A stretch of 63,435 bases of DNA, filler included, from Phoronis australis (taxonomy: Eukaryota; Animalia; Phoronida): NCBI GenBank assembly GCA_002633005.1. It is 9 parts of 9 records of this genome, joined end to end, with 100 filler letters (N's around TTAATTAATTAA, not from the genome) between each part and the next. Parts side by side here need not be neighbours in the genome. Positions count along the whole stretch, not along the records: positions 1 to 31,640 come from NMRA01001161.1; 8 more parts are not named here. One strand, 5' to 3'. Shown here piece after piece: positions 12,139 through 24,439 of the stretch. Positions within the stretch are counted from its first letter, which is position 1, and each line of letters begins with the position of its first letter. The notes below the pieces were generated by a model. The model was given only the letters and a program-made list of their open reading frames with translations. It had not been told where the DNA came from and searched no databases. The translations under genes and the position numbers were made by a program.

Positions 12139-13024
12139 GTAGGTTTCTTTTGACATAACCTTTGTCACGTTATCAAAACAAACGGTCGTAATAGGCTGTT
12201 GCAGTGGACAACACAGTCGCAATGACGAACGGTGGCCAAATGCAGAGAAATATGTCACGTGGTGGGAGGATTCATTAATTAAACGATAACGTTGAAGTTT
12301 GAGTTGGTGGCAGTTTGAATTTTGTCAGCGAATACCAAAACGGTAGATACACTATATTTAAAACCCAGTGGAAACTGGGCTGCAATATGTGTATCAGTTC
12401 TCACCAAAAGTATTCTGTTCCAAAATTGTAGAGTTCTGTCACTGGAATGCCAACTCCGACACGTGACCTACGTATATATGTCCTCTCTTATTAACCCCTG
12501 CAACCCCGAGAGTAGCTGCGAGGCTTGCAGTGGTATTTACCCGCTGCGTGCTTGACTGATTTTGTGCAGTTTTCAATTCAAGCCTAATTTCATTGCTTTA
12601 CTTTCATTTTAATTGTTATTACAGTTTATTAAGCGAGATTCACCTGAGGTACAATTCTATACAAGCGGCGATTACTCGGCAAAGTTAATCCACAAACCCG
12701 ACAGTTATCGTGCTAATTGTTCATTTTTATCAGCACCAACCTGTACTCCTTGGTCGATCCGGGAGTAGCCTCTTATATTTTCAATTCCAGTCGTAGAAAC
12801 ACTTTCAATAACCTATCGTGCTACATGCCTGGATTGTTTCGACAACACATTTTTGGATGATCAAGTCATGTTATAATATTTCACTTAAAGAAGTTATATT
12901 TGGCCTAAATGATCGGTTTAGTTTTTACGTAATGACTCATAAGTGCTTAAGTAGGTCTGTGTGTGTGTGCCATCGTGCGGGCGTCAGTGTGTGCGTGTTA
13001 TTGTTTTCAATTGTTTCTATCATA

Positions 13025-14630
13025 ACAAGAACAACCCTCCTCCACACGAAAAGAGACTATCTGGAGCTACAAAAAGGCAAACTGGACTAAGTTTAAAAAC
13101 TGAAAGAAACACTCTGCAGAGAAACCAAAGCAAGACGTCAACATCAATGTCAGGCGGACATCTAGCTGCATACTCCAGGCAGCACGCCGGAGCATTGCAG
13201 GGGGAAGATGGAGAGACTACAAACCATACTGGAGTGGCCATCTGCAAAATCTCAATGATCTATTAACATCAACCAGAGGGCAACTTGAAAAAGACCCAAC
13301 CCGAAAAACACAGCAATCTATAACAAAGCAAGAGCTGCATCTGATCAGGAAAAGACATTAAAATTCTGCAAGTGCTGGCACGAGAAGATCAGCTCTCTAT
13401 AAACATGGAGAAAGACACAGGGAATCTCTGGTAGCTCACAAAGACCCTAAACGACGACCACCAGTGTACTTCAAGAGCACTGCTTCTAAAAGGAGACTGA
13501 CAGGCTTACACTGAGAGAAGTGTCACATCCCTGCTTTCTGGGAATTTTAGAAACGACAGCTTCCCGGACATACATAAATCCCAACAAAGAAGTTGGAGTA
13601 ACTAAAGAAGAAACAAGAAAAACAAAGTGCCAGTATGACCATGTAAAAACTAAACAGTTCCATGAGATAGCTTAAGACCAAGAAGGCACCCGGAAATGAC
13701 GACATCAGCCATGATATATTACAGCACCTTGATAGTCACAAGAAACATAAGCTTTTGGATATTTACAACCAATCTTGGAGCACGGGTTTTTTTCCAGTAA
13801 GCTGGAAGAAAGCCATAATCATTCCAATCTTGAAGAAGGGGATGGACAAGTAGAGCAAAAGCAGCTATTGCCCCGTCAGCCTTCACAGCTGCTCAAGCAA
13901 ACTCACGAAACGCATGGTCAACAAAAGCCTGCAATATCACCTAGAAAAGAACAAGCTAATAACCTGATTCAGTCAGGGTTCAGAACGAACAGAAGCACAG
14001 ATGACCAGATCACATTGCTCACACAAGACATAAACAATGATTTTCATCAGAACATGAAGACACTAGCAGTCTTTGTGGACCAAACCAAAGCCTTCGAAAA
14101 GGTCTGGAAGGAAGGCTCGCTTCTCCAAAAGTATTCGGCAAAATGTACATGTGTATGCGTGGATTAACAGTTACCTCTTTCAATGATGTGGAGCAGACGA
14201 CGCACTCATCGTAGTACGGAGAATTGAATACCCTCATACGAAGTCACTTTAGAAATGCCTGGAGGGAACGCCTACGTCTGGGGATTAAACAAGACTATGT
14301 CTACCAGCTTGACCGCCAAGAACAAGTCACTATCTTCAGGCTAAGAACTGGCCACTGCCAGTTGCTCTCCCACATGCATCGCCTGGAAATTTCTCACATA
14401 AACGAGTGCCCCTGTGGCGCTGGCCCCTAGACATCTGAGCATTTATTGCAGAGCTGCTTCACGTTTGATACCCTAAGGTGCCAGACATGGCAGGTCCGAT
14501 GGAAGTCACAGTAAAACTGTGGGGACAGACAGGATCATTGCGACGAACCGCAGACTTTGCCCAAAAGACCAGACTGGCCACTTAAGGTACGTCGCCTGGA
14601 ACGCAGAACAAGAAGAAAAAGAAGAAGAAG
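13025..14630 (+). mobile_element. 5'-truncated, internally deleted I-group (Ingi/Nimb-like) LINE with (AAG)n tail
   Basis: RT pieces (QSGFRTNRSTDDQITLL, AVFVDQTKAFEKVW) jump at ~14180-14225 to the C-terminal IFRLRTGHC..CPCG zinc knuckle. Ends in AGAAGAAAAAGAAGAAGAAG. Confidence 0.8.
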
Positions 14631-15539
14631 CCATCCAGCTAGTAGTTTTCAGACAATCGTCAAAATACCACTAGGTGTACCACTGTGTGTTGAACTCCGT
14701 CAGACCCCGAAATCTGACACAACGTGTAGTTCTTATAGTTTCCTCGTCGTAAAACTTATTATTATGTTACGAATTGAAAGCAGTTGCTATCATTTGTTGT
14801 GACGAATACGCAACCTCGTGTAAGAGAAGAACAGTTGGTTGAAGATTCGGGGGAACAGAAACTGGCCAAATGGTGACGGCGTCGAAAGCCATCTCGAAAG
14901 AGCGCACTGCAATTTTAGCAGCAGATGAATAGTCCACTCAAAAAGAACGTTGCACCTTTTTGACACAAATGTTGTATCAGGTTTTATTAGGTATTTTTTT
15001 ACTCACATCGGTGGAATGCTGTGGATTTGCGAAAAAGGCTAGAACAGATCTTGATGATTGGGAATTCGGTCGCCAATCCTTTTCGTGGTTACAAATCTAT
15101 TCCATGTACCACACATGACGGATGGGCGAGGAAGTTGCACAAATGTATAACATTGGCGCTTACACTGTTGCACCCGTACACCCGCAACGCGACGTTTTAG
15201 CCCAGAGACCGATAAGTAACCTACGTCTAACAAGTGACACTCAGCTGTTGCGAAGTGAGGGTTAGAGGAAATTTCGTTGGCACGATGATTTCATATGTAC
15301 CAATTTACGCTGCTTGGTTGAGAATTTCTCTGGGGGACTCGAAAGGGCTAAGAATTACGAGCAGTGTAATTTACGTAGTAATCTTGAATTACTTTCTTTG
15401 GAATGCAACAAAAAACAATGTTTTACTGAAAATACTTGTAGTTCTGGTGTCAATATGGTATTGGGTTACTGGAGGTTAACTTTAATTGAGGACGCGCAAT
15501 AATCGCAAGTTCAACAAACGGCATATGATTGCACGGACA

Positions 15540-16052
15540 TTCATACGCTTTGAAAAGAAACCCTACCAGTTTCAATTAAAACAACATTTTAATTCAGTAA
15601 CAATTATGTGACATTTCTCTCGCTTGTGTACTGTCGATCTCCAAATTAAATGCGGTAACATGTCTTCGGGATAGCCTTCTTTAGCAAACGATATTTTTAG
15701 TTGTTTAAAACAAGTTTTATGGTTTCACCTTATTTTCATTTTGTATAAATTCTCGTTTGGTTTTGAGTAAAAGCATTATTTTTAGCAACAATAACTCGGC
15801 GTTTTTTAAAGCGTAACTTCCTCCGTCCAGGGGCCTTTAACATAGAAAGTAGTTACATAGCCGAGTCGAGTCGAGAAAGATAGATCGATTTAATGTTTAT
15901 TAATGAGTATGTGGTGCCAATAGATTATTACATGTTATTTAAAGCCCTCGTGGGTTTTGTAGAATTATTATCCGAGGGCGATAATTATCCAAAATATACT
16001 CGAGCTCTCGATTACGGGGGATAAGGACTGAAAACATGTAATGATCCATTTA
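15540..16052. repeat. Second, more decayed copy of the foldback repeat at 640-1290
   Basis: Collinear similarity and a shorter terminal foldback (15920-16052). Confidence 0.6.
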
Positions 16053-16773
16053 TAACTCTGTATGAATGCTAGATTAAATTATCCACAGCAAGTTTAACGG
16101 ACCCATTTTCTAATTAGTCTTTGTGCTTACAGGTTAGACGGTTTTGAATCAGTGAAATTATTTCCCTTACCTGAGAAATAAAAATTGCTTATCATTTAAA
16201 TTGTTTCTGGTAGAATCATCAACAGCTGGTATGGCTCATTATGCAATTAGGTTCAAAAATGGCAGAATTGCAAAAAGTTCTAATAACTGTAAATTTCATA
16301 GCAAATCCACACGCGGTAACAAACACATGTGCATAAGTCTCACGCATGCGTGGCGCAAACTCAGCCGCCCCGAAATCGGAGTTAGCATTCCAGAGATGGA
16401 ATTCTAAGCAAAAATTGACTTCACTATCTCTTAATAAGATTTCCGGCAGTGAAAAATATTTAAGTTATATCTGCAACCTGTTCGAAGTGAACCTGATAAA
16501 ACAAATCCCCGAAACTTGCTTCACATTTAAAAAATCAAGCCTTAACCATATTTCGAAGAAATGCTATTCATTATTTTTATAGGGAATCAACATTCGTAGA
16601 TATTTTAGGATTTTTCTCCGTGCAATGCGATTCATTTTTCTCATGAAAATTGCACACATTGTAAAACTATTGTGTTAATTTCATAATTTTTTAAGCATGG
16701 CTCTCGACATGTTTTGTTATTATAAAAATCATGATGGCAAATGCAAGTATTCAACATATTTTTTCCATTCCAG

Positions 16774-16808
16774 TTACCATCGCACGAGCTCCCAACCATA
16801 TGGCCCGG
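16774..16808 (+). CDS. Candidate 35-nt microexon D of the CAP gene (S-YHRTSSQPYGP)
   Basis: Strong acceptor attttttccattccag, donor gtttgt. Its phase 2 to phase 1 change exactly bridges exons C and E, and it supplies the PY motif that usually ends CAP domains. It is short, so a chance match is possible. Confidence 0.45.
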
Positions 16809-18215
16809 GTTTGTATCATTTTGCAAGCGTGATAGCAATTTCACCTATGTCATTTCACCTTGGCATCAACAGACTCTTGACGTGATGTTGAGACCTGTGC
16901 ACAGCTGCTATAACATATTTAGCTTTTGAAGGATTTGAAAAGGTCTAGCTTCCTATTTTTGTGAGCAACAGAAAACAATTGACGTGCCCAAACCGACCTC
17001 TTCTTCTGAATCATAGATCCTAGATATACACTAACGATAAGAAGAAGTCAGCGACCATCTTAGTCTTGGCACGCATTATTACAAGTTGAGTGAAAAAGTA
17101 AACATTTAAGAAAAAGTGCAACTAATGACCCAATTAGTGCAACAAATGTCCTTAATTATGGGACTGAGTTGTGATCATAGATAATAATCATTAATTTCGA
17201 GATCGTGTGTGTACGTAGCTCAATATTAAGGTTTGTCTCTCACTAGACAACTAATACCTTACTTTGTAAACGGTCACGTTGCCTTACGCCAGTGTACAGA
17301 AGTTGAAAATGTATGTTCAAACCTGTGCGAGAAAAATATTTGGAAAACAAATAACTCTTGAGCCTGATCGTTTCCGGTGTATTGCGAGTCACAGAGAGAA
17401 GTGAATTACATTCAAGGCTTTCCATAGAGCTCAGAATCACAACTGTCTAGCTCACAATACAGAAGAGTCGAAATTCTACTTGATGACCTGATAAACGCGC
17501 ATAATGATCCTACCATATGGAATTGAACATTACTTTATTGTACTAATCGTTGGCATCAAGCATAAGCTCAAAATTTATGTTTGCACCGCCCGACCTTCGA
17601 TTTATTTACCCTTATTGAGCTACTTGTTCACTGAAGTTAATAATGTATTTGTGCAAAACTGAAATAAAATACATTTTAAAGAGTAGATAACACTTGCACC
17701 AGTTAACAATTTCCGGTGCAGCATGACCCTGAGTAGTACAAAGATATGAATTACATTGAAGATATGGATATTTCTGAAAGTCACAAAGGTATACCTGTCG
17801 CCACACAGCAATGCGAGCTGGAGGAAAAAGTCGAAAATTCCGAAAAATCTTCCTAATGACTCCTTGAATGCGCCATGTTAAAGGCGAAGGCAACCTTTTT
17901 CCATGTTATTTTGAGCTAAAATAAGGTTGGTTGGTTATCCTAGACATATTTTCCACTTAATTACAGCTTTTCGTAATTTTATAAATTACTCTTCCGCTAA
18001 TCCGGAAGTGACGTTATAGGAGGCAAGCGTTTCCCGCCACTTGGTTTTGCGTTGACTTTACCGTGCGAATCTGTTCTATTCTACTTTTGTTTTGTGCTGT
18101 TTTTCAACAACTGTCTCCACCACTTTCCATCGGCGAGTATTCTGCGGCAAGATAGGTTAGTAGAGAACTCAACTACGTTGGATTTAGGGATTGTTTAGTG
18201 TGTTGTAAGCTGAAA

Positions 18216-18515
18216 ACGGCTGGAGTCGTTGACCCGTATCACAGTGACAGAAGTGTGAGTGACGGAGACCTTGTTCACAGCAGTGGTGACGAGGAATTTT
18301 TTCACGGACATTCAGTGGGTGGGTACATGTTTGAGCCCGAGTATAACGAGGCAGAGTACGCACAGGCACAGGCAGCTGTTGAGAGAAACGAAGAGGCTAC
18401 TGAAGACAGACGTGGTGACACATCTTGGTGCAAATGCACTGTGTGCGTTGTTATGCCTACCTCAATGGAATGCTTGTGCTGTTCGCGGATCGACGAGGCC
18501 AAGCCAGTACTGGAC
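18216..18515 (+). pseudogene. Truncated Kolobok accessory ORF with a P2X7 C-terminal (ballast/ZCD)-like Cys cluster
   Basis: YMFEPEY..RRGDTSWCKCTVCVVMPTSMECLCC. The probable start context AAAATGGC now reads AAAACGGC. Cut off at the deletion junction. Confidence 0.8.
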
Positions 18516-19297
18516 ATGGTTAAGTGGACCTCCGGCATACCACGGACACAGGAACAACTGTCCCACTTGCCAGAGTGTCCCGCGACACACTCCCACTGGA
18601 TGGTGACCTGAGCACCCAAACTGCTTACACCGTGTCGCGTGACTCCCTCGCCACACACCCGGCACCTTCTAAATAGCTCCAACACTTTAGACAAGTCCAC
18701 AATAAACTTATCAAAGTTTGGCTCACCGATCTGTTCACTGGACGACGAACTGTCCTCTTCACTGGGTGTCGAACTGAGTCACTACTCAATATCGCTGCAG
18801 GGCTGCTTAGAGGCTCTGGGCTGGACAAAACAGCACAGGGCGAATCACTACTGGTTCCAGGAATTGCACGCTCTGGGGGTACGTTTGGAGGCACGGGTGA
18901 CAGTAGATGAAGTGTCTCCACTGGCTCCAGTCACTGTACTGGCCACAGCTCGCGAGGCTTCTCGCTTCAAAAATGCACTTCTCGGGGGTGGCGACGGGGC
19001 ACTGCCGGGAATCAACAAAGACGGAATGGCATCCTTCTTCAGACGTTGTTTCGCAGGGACCTTCATCAGTTCAGCGTACAAATCCCTTTCGTAATCGGAC
19101 GGCAGAAAGTGCTTGCCACACACATGGTAATTCTCCACTGCTTTGTACGTTGCGTGGACGGGTAACGCTGCGTTCTTCACACGAACGAGCCAAGTACGGC
19201 GAAGTGTGTCATCCATCGGAAAACGATGCAAAGGTACTCCCAAAGAACGCGTGAGCCGATAATTAGTACATCCTGGTACGCAGCAACAGTGTGGCAT
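18510..19297 (-). pseudogene. 5' part of Kolobok transposase: THAP zinc finger plus C-x2-C..C-x-x-GH motif
   Basis: THAP: MPHCCCVPGCTN..LHRFP..W..VCGKHF..RLKKDAIPSL. After a stop/frameshift: LFRRCRVCG..QWECVAGHSGKWDS..MP. The catalytic domain is deleted. Confidence 0.85.
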
Positions 19298-20364
19298 GTT
19301 GACTGACTAGTAAATGAAAGCAAACGACGACGGAACTTAACACAACCGAGGTAGAACAATGACTGACTCGGCAGCTCTCACAGTCAGACTATATGAAAAG
19401 AAATTGGCGCGAAATGCTTGCCTCCTAAAACGTCACTTCCGGAGTAGCGGACGAGTGATTAATAAAATTACGAAAAGCTCTAATTAAGTGGAAAATATGT
19501 CTAGGATAACCAACCAACCCTATTTTAGCTCAAAATGACATGGAAAAAGGTTGCCTTCGCCTTTAAGTGCACAGAGACCAGCGGCCGATTGCATGAAACT
19601 GTTCCAACATGAACTGAAATATATTTCCTAAATTCCTGGTGCATTTGTTGATCTTGTTCACACACTAATGTTAATCTTCCCAGCATGTTCTTTTGTTGTG
19701 ATTTTAATGTAAAAAATCGGGGACTTTTTCATGCAATGCCATTAGTCTAAGGAATAGATTCCAATCCTATTAATTTTCAATAATATTAAGAGTTCATCAT
19801 GTAGTTTACATCCAACATGTTCCGAAGCTAAAACTTTGCGTGGCAGTTAAGATAAAATATTACAAGGCCAATCGGTGTAAGGATGCATGGCTGAGCCCCT
19901 GTTGGGTTTCTTGAATACACCCGGCCAACGATAGATGGAACAAATTCCAACAACGGCCTCAGCAGGCATACTGTTGCAGGTTAGACCTTAAAGTTTAAAT
20001 GGGATGAGCTCAGGATCCGCCTCAAGAGGTTAAAAGACTGGCTTGCTTTTTTCGCAATGTTGTTTATATGAAAAAAACTGGACATTATGGGGAGTGGTTG
20101 TAAGGAGCTTAACAAATTGCCCTGCTAAAGTCTAATACTGTGAGATGACATTCTCCACATAGGTCTATTCACCATTGGAGGTTGTCAAGTTCGGTAGTAA
20201 ATTCAACCACCTGTCTTTCTTAGGACTTACTGTCACAAATACCATAATGATTGGCACAAAGTATCTCACGTGAATCAGTTTGGCTCATAACGGAGCGAGA
20301 AGTGATATTTTCCGTAATTTTGCAGACCCTTGAGCGAGCTTGTGAAATACGTCCTCATTTACAG

Positions 20365-20478
20365 ATTGCCTGACGACTCCAGGTGAGGAAGAATGCAACA
20401 AGAGAGGCACGTACAACTTCCAAACATGCGAGTGCACGTGCAAGGTCGGCTTCTCTGGCAAGTGGTGCGAGTTTAAAG
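20365..20478 (+). CDS. CAP-EGF-ShKT gene, exon E (EGF-like: CLTTPGEEECNKRGTYNFQTCECTCKVGFSGKWCEFK)
   Basis: Acceptor catttacag, donor gtgagt. A 114-nt symmetric phase 1-1 exon with six EGF cysteines and the C-x-C-x-x-G-F-x-G-x-x-C ending. Confidence 0.92.
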
Positions 20479-22011
20479 GTGAGTCAGAAGCTGCTAATTT
20501 TTGACTTTGCGTCACACTCCAAAAGCTTGCAAGGTTGCTAGCCGACAAATATCGATGAGGTGTAACAGTTGCTTTTGAAAGTTTCGAGGGAGAAGTTGTG
20601 TTTCGGACAAATACTGCTACTATTGGGCCAATTACAGTATAGCCTTGTTCCACCTTCAAGAATGCAAACCGAAAATACAGCCAAGTTCTTGACATTGCTG
20701 ACCTTATTATGTAAGAAGTCTTGAAAGTTAACTTGCCTATTAGTTGTCGTTACTTTGCGGTTTAATGTTGAACTTCGCCTGGTTAAACTGGCTAAAAACG
20801 AAAATCGAGTTAAGACTAATTTTCATCGAATCGAACTCAAAATAGTCTTAATATTCTGTCTATATATGTTTATTCAATTACGAGTCAAAAACAATGCCAG
20901 CGGTGTCACTTTGATATCAAAATTTTAACTATACATTAGTGTATACTGGAGTACTGGTTAAAATATACTTCAAAAACGCGCGAGATGTTTAACAAAAGTA
21001 TGTCTCCAAAAGCCAACAATGAACCAGTCGACTTTCTCTGAATGCAATCAACCGTGATGAGATCTTTCAAAAACAAAAGTGTTTCATCCACGTACAGCAC
21101 ACATGCAGGCACCCAGGGTGTGGGGGCTCGGGGGCCCAATCATTTGGCGATGTGGACAAAAAGGTCTGCCTCCGAGAAACAAAAAATGCCCGAAAAAGTA
21201 GAAAACGAGACAAAAGTCCACTAAAAAGCAGAAATTTTGGGAATGCACAATTCGCAGCTCTGAACGTACCCCGTTTTTTAGTAAAGGCCCACATTAGAAC
21301 AATTCGAGCCCCTATTTTTTAGGCTGGGTGCGCCCATATTCGACCAAACATCTTCGCCCTTACTGGTTGATTTTTCATTCACATGCGAGACAGAGTCAGA
21401 TGTGTCAATTACCGGCAATTTTAGGGAAATGAGTCGCATTAATATTCAGTGCAGCGCCACAACACTCCACATAAAGTTGAATGAATGTATTGCTTACAAT
21501 ATAATTCCCATGATCACTCTCACCTTAAAGGTTTATAGTCACTGGACTCACAAACCATTTAAGAGGTGGGAATCAGTGTAATTGCATTGTACGACAGCAA
21601 CGTGGTCTGCATGAAGTTAACTTGTTGCACTTAATTTTGCTGAACACTTGACGTTGTCTATTTTGAAGTTGGCGATGTTTCATTTATAGTGCTATCGTTT
21701 CTTTTAGCATTCACTATTTGTTCTCCTTGAAAACATTGAACACAAGTAGTCCTTATTCAATACATGCACCTGGTGCTTAACATTCAAATTCGTCGAAGTT
21801 ATCGCACCTAACGTAATTCTTCCAATTATCCGCAACAGCTTTTTGGGTTTCTTCTCTGTCGAAGATAACTACAAAACTTTAACTCATGTCCGCTGCCCCA
21901 TAATAGCTGTGCCGTTTTGAATAGCCACGCTTTCCTTTCGTCTTGGTTGCACCTCCTCATTATTTCAAAATAGACCTGCCATCTGCTGTTCATATTCAGT
22001 TTTCTTTTCAG

Positions 22012-22117
22012 TGGCGTGCGAAGATATGATAGAATGCTCTTCATGGGTAGACGATTCTTGCGACTCGCAGAGCGCTAAAGGAAGGTTCGCCAGGGCTGTA
22101 TGTCCAAGATACTGCGG
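22012..22117 (+). CDS. CAP-EGF-ShKT gene, exon F (ShKT: ACEDMIECSSWVDDSCDSQSAKGRFARAVCPRYCG)
   Basis: Acceptor ttttcttttcag, donor gtaaca. Fits the ShKT pattern C-x-D..C-x-x-W..C..F..C-P-x-x-C-G. Phase 1 to phase 2. Confidence 0.88.
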
Positions 22118-22213
22118 GTAACATATGAATCATTTATTAAGTTAATTGCCTAACTGTTACAAATGATCAAATTTTCTTAATATTATTTACCATTTGGTAC
22201 AATTTCGCCTTAG

Positions 22214-22277
22214 ACATTGTCATAACAACTGCAACGTAAATCAACAACCATGCTACAACAGTGTCGTATCTAAGTGA
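22214..22277 (+). CDS. CAP-EGF-ShKT gene, exon G (HCHNNCNVNQQPCYNSVVSK*)
   Basis: Acceptor tttcgccttag after a 96-nt intron. Phase 2 restores C-G-H-C, the sixth ShKT cysteine. The stop TGA at 22275-22277 lies inside the hAT terminus. Confidence 0.7.
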
Positions 22278-24338
22278 AGGCAGGAGGGTTTGGGGAGAAT
22301 CGCCCCGGGTGACACCCTTTTAAGGGTGACACCCTAAGCTAGAGCTAAAATGACTAAACGACAGTCTTTTATCTTACCTTGACTATTGGAATAATCTTAG
22401 TTCATCGAGTGTCACCCCCGAAATCACCTGTTACTCTACTACTGATGGTACCAGTATCAACGCACACCGGGTTTGTTGTATTGATGCTGGGTTTGGCACA
22501 CACTTTTGGCAATCGCACATGTAATGTAATACATGTGGTGACCAGACTTTTAAACTTTCTCCGCTTACTGTTACTTTGGGCTGTAGCTACTCACGCAAAT
22601 TTACGTGGCCAGCAGTGTTATTTCGAGTGTTACAATTTTGCTGTACAATCTTACAACTTCACTGTCTAGCACCTCAAAAATGCTAAATAGAACGAATTGG
22701 TCGCAGTAGCCGACGACACAAAAGAAAAATGAAGATACACTGCAGAGAGAGTTAGAAATGGCAATGCAAACGGCCACAATGAGTGCAACTCATCCTCTAA
22801 CAGACTATGTAATATAAGGGTATTTGGTGAGGTTGGAGCAGTTTGAGGGGAGATGCCTCATGTATTTCCTCAGATACAGAATAAATTGATGGCGGATCAC
22901 GTCAGGGAAAATTGCTCAACAATATTAACACAGCCAGATACTAAGGAATGATGTTTGACAGTACACCTGAAGAATCCCACGTAGACCAAATGCTGAAAAT
23001 CTTACATACGTAAAAACTGACAGGTGCAATCCCATCACTACATAAATGTCAGCAACTGTTAAAAAGACTTGTAAATACAAGGTGGAGTGCTCCTTTCTTT
23101 GGTCATACTGGTCATGGGCAATTACTGTATGCTGAGATTCTCGAAGCCTTAGAAATCCTGTGTGATCCTGATGACAAAAGGTTCTTCTAATGTCTTCTCA
23201 TAGCTATCAGCGAATCCACCTCTTGGGACGGGGTACTTCGCGAAGTCAATGGTACCCAAGAGTACATTTAAATTAGTAGCTTAACACTTGACAAAGTCGT
23301 TAAAAATCAACCCCTTGATAATATTCCCCAACTTTGTTGTTCAAAATGACGTTGGACAGGCAACCTTGAAAACCCGAGTGCAGTCGTCAGATGTCGGTCT
23401 GTCGTTGAGGACCAAAATAAAGGGGAATGTTAGAATGCTTGGACAGATTAGCAATTCAGTTGAATTCGAAAGCAAAGCCGCAAATGGTGGATTTGTTCGA
23501 AACCATCTTAACCACTAATTTGGTCAACTCCGCCGAAGATTGCATTAAGGCATGTGTGATGAAACTTGCTGATTTCTATGACGAAATTTGTGCTTCCGAA
23601 CTGGCATTCGAAATACCGAGATTGAGAAGACACTTGAACACGGCTAGAATTCAAGAAGAGAATTTCAAGAATGAGACTCCACTGGACGTAATTAAGTTCA
23701 TTTTAGAATGGGAGTTTCGTAGTTTAAAGTTGTTTCTATCAATTTGTGTATCTCTGGCGTCATCTTTCGAAAGACGTTTTTCAAAAATTAATTTCGTATT
23801 TGAAATCTAGTGCCCCGAACCCAGTTGAATGCTAGTTGTTTTCCGCATAAAAGCCCCTTTTTGAACACATCTATTGAGCGTATTTCAGGCAAATTTTCTG
23901 AAGATACATGTACGTCCAATGAGTTATACTTGGGAAAAATGTGTGCTTGAAAACTGACTTAGAATTATTAGCCCGGATGTTCATTTTGATTTGGTTTTTG
24001 ATCCCTAAAGCAATTTTCTGAATATGCACCCTTGACTTTTATGCAGTAATTTCTGGTATATAAAATTGGCTTTATTTTTGTCCATGTGCATGTGTTGTGC
24101 GATTTTGGCCCCAAGGCTTACTAGCACTTGTGAGCACAATTCTGTTTCATTAGTCTACTGTTATAATGCATTTATAGCCTTGTACATGAGCATGCAGTAC
24201 ACGAATTTTAAACCACAATAAATTCTGCATTTTGTCTCTCACACCGCAGGACTTAAACCATGATGAGGCTGAGCTACTTTGGTTTTGTGAGAATCTTAAC
24301 CCCGGGTGACACTCACACTTCGTGCATGTACACCACTT
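22259..24338 (+). mobile_element. Decayed hAT (Tip100/ZMYM1-like) transposon
   Basis: Left end CAGTGTCGTATCTAAG and GGGTGACAC subterminal repeats (22307, 22324, 24304). Transposase relics: MFDSTPEESHVDQM, KRLVNTRWSA, and dimerisation-domain LKLFLSICVSLASSFERRFSK. The right end is approximate and no TSD was found. Confidence 0.75.
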
Positions 24339-24439
24339 ATGCCTTGTAATGCAATCATTAGTAATTAGCATTGCCATGTTTCTTTAGTATAAATTATGTT
24401 GTAAACCAAGCATTCTGTCCACCTTGTCTTTACTCGTTC

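Larger units (their letters stand above)
17882..19562. mobile_element. Kolobok DNA transposon, internal-deletion derivative
   Basis: TTAA target duplication (17878-17881, 19563-19566), AGG..CCT ends, ~158-bp near-identical TIRs (17882-18039, 19405-19562), and two convergent ORF heads. Confidence 0.92.

Noticed and set aside
22119-22121. CAP gene ending at TAA directly after YCG
   Set aside because: This would leave ShKT with five cysteines, whereas splicing to 22214 restores CGHC. Intron retention cannot be excluded.
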